A stretch of DNA of 64,000 nucleotides from Paraspadella gotoi. Lineage: Eukaryota; Animalia; Chaetognatha. Shown here piece by piece: positions 50,632 to 61,977 of the stretch (positions are counted from its first letter, which is position 1; each line of letters opens with the position of its first letter). The stretch covers positions 5,631,992 to 5,695,991 of the forward strand of contig CM119267.1 in the NCBI GenBank assembly GCA_051294375.1, given 5' to 3'. Both the position numbers and the translations under genes were made by a program. Below the pieces are notes generated by a model. It did not search any database. It was not told the DNA's origin and saw nothing but the letters and a program-made list of their open reading frames with translations.

Positions 50632-50938
50632 CGGCGCCGACAACTGCAATCTTTCGTCGCCATTGCAACGTTGTCGCTGTCGACGTCGATGACGCAAGAG
50701 CTGACAACGGCGACAGTGCAGGCGACAATGACAAAGACAACGACGACAAAAGACAAAGACGAGAGTGCTGAGGACAATGAAGACGACGACGACGACACCA
50801 ACTAAGAGGAAGAGAACAACAACAACGACGACGTCAATCTCCTCCTCGTGTCTCTGATTTGGTTTAGTCTCCATTTTAAGATTCCGCTCTCGACTCGAGA
50901 AAGAAGAGGCCGAGCATTTTGTTGTCGTAAAAAAAAAA

Positions 50939-50996
50939 CTCTCTCTCTATCTCTCGCTCTCTCTCTCAATCTATAGCTCTCTTCTCTTCTCTCTCT

Positions 50997-51065
<69 letters not shown>

Positions 51066-51213
51066 CTCTTTTCTCTCTCTCTCTCCTCTCTCTCTCCCCT
51101 CAACGCTCTCTCTTTCAATCTCCAGCTCTCTTTTTTTCTCTCATCTTCTCCCTCTTCTCTCTTCCCTCAATCTCTCGTCTCTCTCTCAATCTCCAGCTCT
51201 CTTTTTTTTCTCC

Positions 51214-51245
<32 letters not shown>

Positions 51246-51424
51246 TTCTCTCTTTCAGTCTCTCCCTCAATCACTTGCTCCTTTTTTCTCTCTCTCTTTC
51301 CTTCGATCTTTGTCTCTCTTTTTTTCTCTTTTTCATTCTCTCTTTTTTTTCCTCACTTCTCACAAACTTTTTTTATCTTCACTCTCTCTCAGTCGCACGC
51401 GTTTTTCTCTTTTCTTTTTTCTTT

Positions 51425-51476
<52 letters not shown>
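50939..51476 (+). repeat. (CT)n-rich polypyrimidine tract, representative of dozens of (AG/CT)n, (AAAG)n, (TTA)n, (TCTA)n and (GTC)n arrays across the window
   Basis: Directly visible; other examples are 31738-31845, 40038-40139, 20085-20366 and 55115-55225. Confidence 0.95.
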
Positions 51477-51477
<1 letters not shown>

Positions 51478-51719
51478 ATTTTTCATCTCTCCTCTCAGCT
51501 CTTCGATATGCGGTCCCTCCTTCAACTCTTGTCTGGGACGAAAACCTTCTTTCTTTTTTTTCATCCCGATCTTTCTTTTTTTTCCTTCTTCCGAGACGCG
51601 AGCCAAACTCCGTTTAATGCTCCTTTAAACGCCTTTTTTCTCTCTTGTCGTTTTTTGTTGTGCTCGTCGTCGTCATCGTCGTCATCGTCGTCGTCCGCGT
51701 CGTCTTTAACACTATCGTT

Positions 51720-52335
51720 GTCATCGTCGTATTCTTCGTCTTCGGATTTTCTCTCAACGTCATTGTCTTAGTCGTTGTTGTCATCGTCGTATTTGTCATC
51801 GTCGTCTTCGTCGTCGTTATCATCTCCATATTCTTAATCTTCGGAATTTCTCTCAACGCCATTGTCTTAGTCGTCGTTGTCATCGTCGTCGTTATCATCT
51901 TCATATTCTTAATCTTCGGACTTTCTCTCAACGTCATTGTCTTAGTCGTCGTTGTCATTGTCGTCGTTATCATCTCCATATTCTTAATCTTCGGACTTTC
52001 TCTCAACGTCATTGTCTTAGTCGTCATTGACATCGTCGTCTTCATCATCGTCATCATTATCATCTCCATATTCTTAATCTTCGGACTTTCTCTCAACGTC
52101 ATTGTCTTAGTCGTACATCGTGTCATCATCTCGTCGTTATCATCTCCATATTCTTAATCTTCGGACTTTCTCTCAACGTCATTGTCTTAGTCTCGTTGTC
52201 ATCGTCGTCGTTATCATCTCCATATTCTTAATCTTCGGACTTTCTCTCACGTCATGTCTTAGCCGTCGTTGTCATCGTCGTCGTTATCATCTCCATATTC
52301 TTAATCTTCGGACTTTCTCCCTGTCTTAGTCGTCG
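51720..52335 (+). repeat. Minisatellite, ~72-bp core with variable GTC insertions, ~8 copies
   Basis: Unit ATCATCTCCATATTCTTAATCTTCGGACTTTCTCTCAACGTCATTGTCTTAGTCGTCGTTGTCATCGTCGTCGTT. Confidence 0.92.
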
Positions 52336-53187
52336 TCTCCGTCATCGTCGTCGTTTCTCGTCAACGTCGTTGTCGTCGTCATCATCGTCGTCTCCGTAAT
52401 TGTCATCTTTGTCGTTTTCGTCTTCGTTGTCGTCGTCATTGTCGTCTTCCTCGTCTTTTTTTCATCCCCGCGAGTAAAAACGGATACAATAGAAGAAATG
52501 AGTTGAGTTCTCCTTTTCATTCCTCGTTGTTCTTTTATTTTCTGTTCCGTGCGAGTCTCGTGCCTTCACAAGCCAAGTCACGCACCTTGATCCAATCAAG
52601 CTGAGCGTTGGAGAATCACGACCTTCGAATGAGCAATTGAGCATGCCATGCCACATATTTAATTATTTATGCCTTTTAATGTCAACCTGGATTTCATCGT
52701 AATTTTTGTTTATTTTTTCATACCGTAACGTTTCTTCCGTATGTACGTCCCTTCGTCGTCGTCGTTGATGTTTTCGTCTTCGTCGTCGTCGTCGTCGCCG
52801 TCGTCCCCTTTCACTTCGTATGCGTCACGAGGGTCATTTTATGCATCTTTCTCTTCGCGCGGATTCGTCGTCGTCGTCGTCGTCGTCACCGTCCTATTGT
52901 CCTTTTGTCCACAAGAGCGTCGATTTGTCTTTTCGCCTTCGTTAAAGTCAAAACGCCCTCCCTTCTTCATTGTCCTACTTTTTTTTTTTTTGAACGAGGT
53001 TTCCTCATCGTCGTCGTCGTCGTCGTCGTTGTCTTTGTTATTCAACTTCTCCCTGATTGTCGTCGTTGTCGTCGTTGTTTTCGTCGCTATCGTCTCACAA
53101 TCTGCTTGTTTGTTGTCGTCGTGGTCGTCGTCGCCATTGTCGTGGTCCTTGCATCAATCGAAGATTCTCCGGTCAGGAACCGACACG

Positions 53188-53225
53188 GCCTGACGCCGCC
53201 TGACGCCGCCTGACGCCGCCTGACC
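53188..53225 (+). repeat. 10-bp tandem repeat x~4
   Basis: (GCCTGACGCC)n. Confidence 0.85.
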
Positions 53226-54499
53226 TCAATTTCCGACGCCACCCCGACACAATATCAATATTCTCATTCTCGTCGTTTCTCTTCCATTTGCTTCATTTTT
53301 TTTTACTTCATTCTCCTTTCAACTCATTTCGTATTATTTCTCATTTTAATTTAATAATCAAATTTAATTTTTTTTGCATCATTGAAACTTAATTCAATTT
53401 GTTCCCTATCACGGCGTGACCTTTCGTTCACTAATAAAACAAAAATAACCCCTAAAATTTTTTTCAGTCTCTTATGCTTAACCCCCACAAATTTGATCAT
53501 TTCCCCCGAAAAAAATGTGATTCTACTGAGGCAAAGGTAAATGTGTATTCTTTGCCCGACAGCCCGAGCTTTCTCTCGTCCCGCTTTTTAATGTAGTGTT
53601 ATTGTTATTGTATTCCGCGCGATAAACTCGGAATGTGAGGAAACATTTTCCAGGTGACTCGGAAGAGTTACAACCGAAAGGACGCCGGCGTTTTTCTACC
53701 CTGCGTTTTATGACCCCAGCCAGCGTTGTGTTTCCTTGTTACTTCAGAAATCCCTTTTTCTAATTTTCATTAATGCGTAGTAGAAGTAGTTGTAAGAGTA
53801 GTAGCAGTTGTACATGAGTAAAGTATTATTATTAGCATCATTAGTCTCATTAATAATTAAAGGGGGTATTAAATACTACCACTACAGCGTGTAACTGTAA
53901 TATGTATTGTAATATGACGTACGAGTCCGATCGTTTTAGTTCTGATCTTTATCTCTGGTATGGACCGTTATGATTTGGTGTTTGAAAATGGAATAAGGTG
54001 AAAATGGAATAAGGTGAAAATGGTATAAGGTGAAAAGGGGATAAATGTGATGGGAATAGAAGAAAGAAAGGATTCACGAGGAAGTGAGAAATGCAACTGC
54101 AAGGAAACGTAATATGGGGTAAGGATTTTATGAACGTTGTCATGAATGAGGTCAGGATTGACACCAAAATGAGAAATAGGAAGTGAATGAGATGAGAATC
54201 GGAGAAATAAGGTAAGTGAGAAAGAACGGGTAAGGACTCGTGACATAAGGAGGAATGGGTATGACGAGAACGAATGGTGAAGATGTAAGCTAAGGAAGAG
54301 TGGGAGAATTGTGAACGCGCACGGGACGAGAATCGTGGGTTGGCGGAGGCCGCGGCGTCGGTGGCAGCTGCGGCCGCAGCGGCTGCGGCAGACCTGAGCA
54401 ATTCCAGTTTGGCTTTCTGTGCCGAGGGCAAAGCCTTACCGCGCCATCAACCATCATGGCCTGTATATGGGAACTAAGAGAGAGAGAGAGAGAGAAGAC

Positions 54500-54567
<68 letters not shown>

Positions 54568-55116
54568 AAAAAAAGCAGAGAAAACTAAAAGACGCGAAAG
54601 CGAGGCAAAAAACAGAATGACAAAAAGACAAATAAAAGACAAATGAAAGACAAAAAGAATTAAAGACGGCAAAGTGAAAACAAGTTCAGGATCCGTAAAA
54701 AACAAAAAGCCATCATAATTATGAAAAATGTCGTTAAAAAGACATAATAAAGACAGCAAAACGACAAAAAGAAATAAAATATAAAAAAGAAAAAAGGAAA
54801 AGGCAAATATAAAAACAGTCTTCAAAATGACAAAAATGTCAGTAAAAAAAGTTGGCAAAAAGACTCGAAAACGAGATTCCTTCTTTTTTCCGAAATCGTT
54901 TGTTGACGGTGACGCAATAATTTCGTGCAGCGGCTGCGGCGGCGGCGGCTGCGGCGGCGGCGGCGGCATCGGCGGCAGCGGCGGCAGCGGTAGCGGCGGC
55001 AGCGGTGGCGGCGGCAGCGGCGACTCTGGGGAAACGGGGACGTTGAGAGTGAGAAGGAAAATAAGATGAAAGCCAATAAAAGAAAACAAACAAAAAATCA
55101 ACAAAAAACATAGTGA

Positions 55117-55224
<108 letters not shown>

Positions 55225-55332
55225 AATTAAAAGAGAGAGAGAAAAAACGATTGAAATAAAAAATAAATTTAAATAAAAAAAATTAGCCTCAAACGAAATC
55301 ACAATGACCGCGAAATGAAAGTGAAAACCAAT

Positions 55333-55414
<82 letters not shown>

Positions 55415-55443
55415 GAGAGGAGAGGCGAGAAGAAGAGAGAGAG

Positions 55444-55498
<55 letters not shown>

Positions 55499-55504
55499 AA
55501 GGGA

Positions 55505-55542
<38 letters not shown>

Positions 55543-57123
55543 AATAATTATCTTCCTTTAATCGAAGCAGAAATGAAAGAAAGAAAAAAAATCCAAACCG
55601 GGGCAAAAAAAGAGAAAATACGAATCTCGGGATTTGTTCATTTGGTTTGTTTTTATATTTTTTGATGACCAGAACATTGAACAATTGAACATGAGCATCA
55701 ATTGACGGTCACAAGCGGTCACAAGTTTGTGCGAATAATTACGCCCGGTCACAAACAGTCACACTTTTCAGTGCGGAAAAAAAGGATTTAATCTAAAATT
55801 CATTCTTGGTTTTCTTTTTAATATTAAAATTATCTTCTTCTTCTTATTCTTTTTATTCTTCTTCTATTTCTTTCTCTCCTTCCCGTCATCGAGATAAAAT
55901 GCCTCTTGATTTTGGAAGTAGCTCCGAATGCGATCACTCAAGGTCGTGATTGTATCTCCCGACGCCGTCTCGAACCCTCGAGATGCAATCACGAACCGCG
56001 ACCTCGAAATTATCGATGCAGTCACGAAATTCCCTCCCGAATTTCGTCTCGTCCTCATGAGACTTCGTTGATTTCGTGACTAATCTGGTTTCACTGGCGC
56101 CTCGATCACAGCGCGACATGTCACGCGGATTCGACGTGACGTGCCGCGTCGCACGCAGATACGGCGTGACATGTGGCGTCGAATGCACGGATCGTTCGCG
56201 TAGCGTTTTGCTGAGCGCGGGCTTGATGAGCAAGGGAGTCGCGCCGTGGCGGGCAGACGCGCGATTAGATAAGTTCGCAAATGTCCTAAAAAAAAGAATA
56301 AGACAACAAGGTCACTTCATATATCACAGCGGGTGGACTGAGGCCTCAATATCTCTTACAAGATAATTAGTAATAAATAATAATAAAACCCAGCGTGTTT
56401 TTTAACTCCCAGTCCCACACTACCCAGCGCCTTTAACAACGAAGAAGTATGTTACGTTTTGAACTGTACCAATTGGATCAAATGTGACAAGGGAACTGGG
56501 CACTAGAATCAAAATATATAAAAAGTATATCGTCCGCTCGCGATGCGTCGTTGTCGCCGTCAAAAAGGTAATTGATATGCGGCGAGGATCGTGTCTCTAT
56601 CGTCGGGTATAACAAAGTGACGCAATAACCGCCTCGACAGGGACGACGACGACGACGACGACGACGCCAGGAACGAATGGGCGGCGGGTTTGACGACAAA
56701 GATGGATGAGATCCACGTTGGCGATTGTGGCTGGAATCGCGAAGGTCCCGAGATCGAAACCTCGCAAAGGACGTCAAGCGTTTTATGGAGAAAGTGAAGT
56801 TTCTAATTCTATTGGTCATATTTGGTGACAATTTGAAAACCGCTCATAGAAAAAAAAATCTATCGAAAATGGAGAAAGATTTTTGAAACTTTTCGAAGGC
56901 GAAACCGTATTGAATCATGTATGTATACAAAAATTGCGCCGGTCTCTGACAAGAAATATCTATTTTTTAATTCTTAAAAATTCTACTAGACGTTTTCGAT
57001 CTACAATTTTGTTCTGTAATTTTGTTTTGTAACGGTTTCGAATCGTTAGCTCCGTAACTAGAAATTTTGTCATTTTAAATTGAGCGACTAAATTGAAAAT
57101 AAAAAAATATTCTAACAACAGCG

Positions 57124-57157
<34 letters not shown>

Positions 57158-59616
57158 CGACGACGACAACGACAATCACGACGTCGACGCATTCTCCAAG
57201 ATGGCGCGGTCGTGCGCGTCGCAAAAATTTTTTCCGTCCAACTCTTCCGGCGTTTTTACGACGAAATTTCCGGCGGAATTTTCCTACGGTTTCCCGTTTT
57301 TAGCCGAGAAGGAGGGGGGCGACGGAGGGGGGGGGGAAGTTAAGAAAGTCGTGGGGGGGGGAAAGGAATTTCTACTCCGCGATTTTGGAAGGATTGAAAG
57401 GGGGGGCGTGTTAAGGGGGGCGGCGGCGGAAAAGCCGTGAATATTAATAGGGTATTAGTCGGGGTAAGACTCTCGTCTTCGGGAAGGCGCGAGAGCCGCC
57501 GAGAAAGTCGCTCCTTCGGTGGCGAGGAGAGGGGGCGGGCGAGGGGGGGAGTGGGGAAATCCGTTTTGGGCGGGAAAGGGGAAGCGGAATGAGGGAGAGA
57601 GAGAAGGAGGGTTGTTAGGGGATAGGGGGATAGGGGATCCTGTGGGGTGGGGAGCATCGAAACTTTATAGTAATTGATTTAAGATGGAAACAGAGTGGAA
57701 AGAGTTTGGATTTTATTAAGTCAGTTGGTAAAAATGTCGAGGCTTCTTAGTTCGCAGCAAACATTTAAAATGAGATTATTAGAGACATTAATTATACTTT
57801 AAGTTTTAATGATAAATTAAATAGAACAAAAGATGATGTAATTTCATAATTACAAAATAAAACAATCAATTGTCGTCTGCTCGACGAAACAAATTGGGAA
57901 AAGAGAAAAATAAAATGGCCGATATCGAATGAAGATTTACTGAGAAAGTTTGTCAATCTTTGAAAAGTGAGATAATTCAATCATCGGGCGAAAAAAAAAA
58001 GACAGAAACGTCCCTCTCTCTCCTATTTTGACGCAGACCCCCTTACGGAGGAAGGTAAAAAAAAGTTAAAAAAAAAGAAAACGCACAAAATAATGGCTCG
58101 ACGCCATAAAAGGAGACGACGACGATGACGAAAACGACGACAAAGATAGCGGGACACAAACAAACTCCCCCGCGGGGTTGTTGGATCATCGAGATGTCGC
58201 GACGTCGTCGTCGTTGACATCGTCGTCGTCGTCGTCGTTCCATCCCAAAACCAAAGCGATTAACCGCTGGCCCCTCGAAGGGGCGGACGTCGCGACAGGG
58301 ACCGCGGCCCGCGCCAAACAAAGCGACCCGGCTCGTGCCAGGCTTCGCAAAGCCAGGCCGTGTTCAGCGCCGCAAAAAAACCCTTGTCAGGGCCGTCGTT
58401 GAAATCCGCGGAAGCATCTCGAGATTCGATTCCCTTTTGTTTGTCGAATTACCCGGCACTACCTTATTTAATGTTTTGTTTTATCATTTATTATTATGCA
58501 GTACAATATCTGTTTACACCAATTAGAAAGCCCAATTTTCTTTCTATAGGATGTTCATTTGTTCATGTTGTCTGTTTTTATTGTTTTTCTACGATATTTT
58601 AGAAGCGGTAGAAAGGAAATCATGAGATTTAACTTAAAATGCTTAAAAAAATCTATTTTTCAAAAATCCATAACACAAAAAGGATCCATTTGATTTCAAA
58701 AAATTAGGTGTTTCGAACAAAGCATTTGTTTGCCCTTGAAGAAGATGTAGGTTAAATTTTACTTCGTCCACTATTTTTAACAACGTCACTCGGTTTTTAT
58801 GAAAAAAAAACCAGTTGTTTTTTTTACAGATTTTGAAGAGTTGCAAGCACTTAGTGATCGATTTTTTTTTTTAAAAACAAAGATAGAAAAAAAGTAGCAA
58901 CAGTTAAGGAACCAATTGATACTATAGTGCTAAATTCGGTAAAAAAAAAAAAGTTTTAAAAATCTTCTTAAAACCTAACGCACATATTTTTAGCTCCATA
59001 TATTACATATTACCAGAACGGTGACAAGCGCAACAGTGACGAGATCAACAACAACTAAAACCAATAGTGACTTAACCAACAGTGTTGGACTCGCCTTTTT
59101 GTTTTCCTTCCCGATGCTACTTTCCTCCTCCAAGAAAAAAAAAAACCGCAGGAAATAGGAATGACCACATTTACTCGTCCTCGTCCGGTCCTCGTCCGGT
59201 CCTCGTCCGGTCCACGCCCGCTCATGTGGCGTCCCGAGGCCTTTTTTTCCCCTTAGAAGTAGAAAGTTGATGAGTGGATACAAAAGAGTTGAGCTCTTGG
59301 GTAAGGAAAGGGCGGAGGGTGAGGTCGATTGGGTAGGGAGGGTGAGGCGAGACGCGAAGCGAGAGGGTCAAAGCGAGGAAAGGAAAGGAAAGTCTCAGGT
59401 CCATTTGGCGTCTGCAACGAGGAGGAGGAGGAGGAGGAGGAGGAGGCCCGCGGTTCATTATATCGTCGTCGTCGTTGTCGTCGTTGTTTTCTGTCTTTTG
59501 TAGCACTTTCTGTTTTTTGGTTGTTTTTTTTCCGAGAAAAATATATTTTCAATTTGATATATTTTAGTAATAGTTATTCTTTTATGTTTCTTTGATCTGA
59601 GAGAGAGAGAGAGAGA

Positions 59617-59648
<32 letters not shown>

Positions 59649-60339
59649 CCTAACCTGAATCTACATTGTTCAATGTCTATTGGTTGTTGTTTTTTTTCGT
59701 TTCTTATTTCTTTCTCTTCTCCTTTATGGGTTTTTTTTTTATTACAAACTGTTTTCTCGGTTTTCTTCGCTTGTTTTCTTATTTCCATCTTCCCCCTTCC
59801 CCCTCCCCCATTCCCCCCCTTTTCCATTCTGTCTTCTTATTTATTTCTTTGAAGATTCTTGAGGCAATAAATTTAGAGCGATTCGAGATTCTCGGCCATT
59901 TAAAGCAAGTCGAACGATTTAAAGCAAGACTAAGCGACTGAAAGCAACAGAGCGATTCAAAGCGAGTCAGAGAGATTTCTAATAAGTCAAAGCGATTGAT
60001 AGCTATTCAAAGTCAGGCAAAGCTATTAAAGTCCTATCAAAGCAATTCAAAGTTAATAAGAATAAAATTAATGAATAAGCCTTACAATTTAGAGTATCTT
60101 GTCAATTTTTTATAATTGCACAACGAATTTGAGCGCTCTGGTCGCGCGCTCTCTCTCGCTCTCTCTCGCTCTCTCTCTCTCCATCTAGTGCTTCCCAAGG
60201 GATCAGAGACATTTTCGAAGTCGTTTACTCTCTCCGCCCATAAAAAAAAAGTCAGAAGTGGACAGAATCCTTTTTTTCCCCTCAGACTTCTATTCGGCGA
60301 AATCGTCCCCTTAATCCTCTTTCGCCCCAAAGCCATGGA

Positions 60340-61100
60340 CCACGTCACGGGCAACGTCATGGGCCACATTAAGGACAGCGTCATGCGCCACGTCGTGGGC
60401 CACGTCACGGCATGGGCCAAGTCGGGGTATAAAAAACTCCAGATCGATTATATTTATAGTAAATTCTTGCTGACTAGAGATCGCAGATTGGCCCTCGGAT
60501 TGACCAATGACCATCGACGTCCAGAGTTCATCGTAATAATCCGATGTCAAAGCGATATCTCGGTTATTTAAATTAATAATTGCTTATTATTCATTTAGTA
60601 TTTAAATAAATTTGGAAAAAATCGTCTGAATCAAATTGTTTCGTTTTGTCGACTGCCCGTAAACTATTTATCAAGCCTCGATCTTTCACGTCATCCAACC
60701 CTTGAGCTTTCACCACGTCAAAAGTATTTTTGTATCAGGACAAGCTCGTATTTTTTCATTTGTTTGCTCGCTCAATAAAAATCTAGGAAATATGACGCCA
60801 TTTTAGATTTTCTGACACGAGTGACGTGGACTCTGTTTCTCTTACATACCAGACCAAACTACCTCGGCCATTCGGTTTTCAATCATTCGAACCCGTTAAA
60901 CCCGGACCTCCGTTATTTCCCGCCGACTCAATCGAATGCCCATTTCACGCTCGGCTATGATGAGCGGAGCTCGTAGCCTCGACTAGAGGCACCATGGCCC
61001 GTGGCGCGCGAGCGCGGAATAGAAAAACAGGATGGATAAAAAAAAAGTTGGCCCGCTTGAGCCAAATTTAGAGAAAGCCTTAGACATCTACGCCATTTTT
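60340..61100. promoter_or_regulatory. Possible CpG-rich promoter/enhancer with clustered TGACGTGG motifs
   Basis: CCACGTCA at 60340, 60400 and 60713, TGACGTGG at 60822; YY1-like CGCCATTTT at ~60796 and 61091. Confidence 0.25.
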
Positions 61101-61323
61101 TTTTTTTTGTAGCCAATATAGCGATAGATCTGGTTGGCCTTTTGTTCTTCCGCGCAGAGTCATCTTTTCTTTTTAAATTTTCTCCTTTTTGTTTTATTTC
61201 ATCCGCCTAAAAAAAAAAAAAAAAAAAATAGCGTCGAAAAAATTGGTTGGGATTTTAGGCGAAGATGAGGCGACGGGATCGACCCAAGGGAAGGAAGGAA
61301 GAAAATAAAAAGCTGACCTTTCG

Positions 61324-61393
<70 letters not shown>

Positions 61394-61977
61394 AGAGAGA
61401 GAGAGAGGAACGTAAAAAAACAGAGCAAAAGTTGTTTTTTTTTCTTTTCGCCGAGAAAGAAAAAAATGAGAGAGTCACGAAAAGTTTAAACGACGTCTGG
61501 TTTGTGCTGTTGCTGCTGTTGTAGCTGCTGTTGTAGCTGCGTTTTATAGCGGCACTCGAACTGGCTTTTTGTTTAGCAGCTGCTTTTTCTCGCCCCGCCC
61601 ACTTTTTTTCGGGGAGAAATGGGTTTTTTTTTATTTTGATAGGACCTTGTTCACGGCTGATGGAAATCCCATATTTTCAAAAGGAAAGGAGTTTAACGCA
61701 TTTGTAACTCAAGGAGTTGAGGTTGTAAGTCAAGATCATTCCATTTATAGTATGTTCGAACACTATTTTATTATTTTCATAACAATCAAAATTAGTAAGA
61801 TTAAATAAAAAGAAATGTATAAATGTAGAATTGACAGCTTTTTGAAAGAACCGTCACCGCAGATAAAAATATTGTTGTCAAATTTTTGGGTTGCAGCAGC
61901 TCCGAACAATGGAATAGGCGGGCGTAATAATCATTGCAATTGGAAGCCAATGGAATATAACAGAAGAACCGTTTTAT

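Noticed and set aside
50464-50874. ORF resembling a single-pass membrane protein with a Cys-rich tail (VVVVVLFLLVGVV...CRRCLCHC)
   Set aside because: It is the expected translation of degenerate (GTC/GTT)n repeats and runs into the GAT microsatellite.
54380-54465. Wnt-like WNCS motif (CPRHRKPNWNCSG, minus strand)
   Set aside because: No other Wnt cysteine motifs were found nearby; probably chance.
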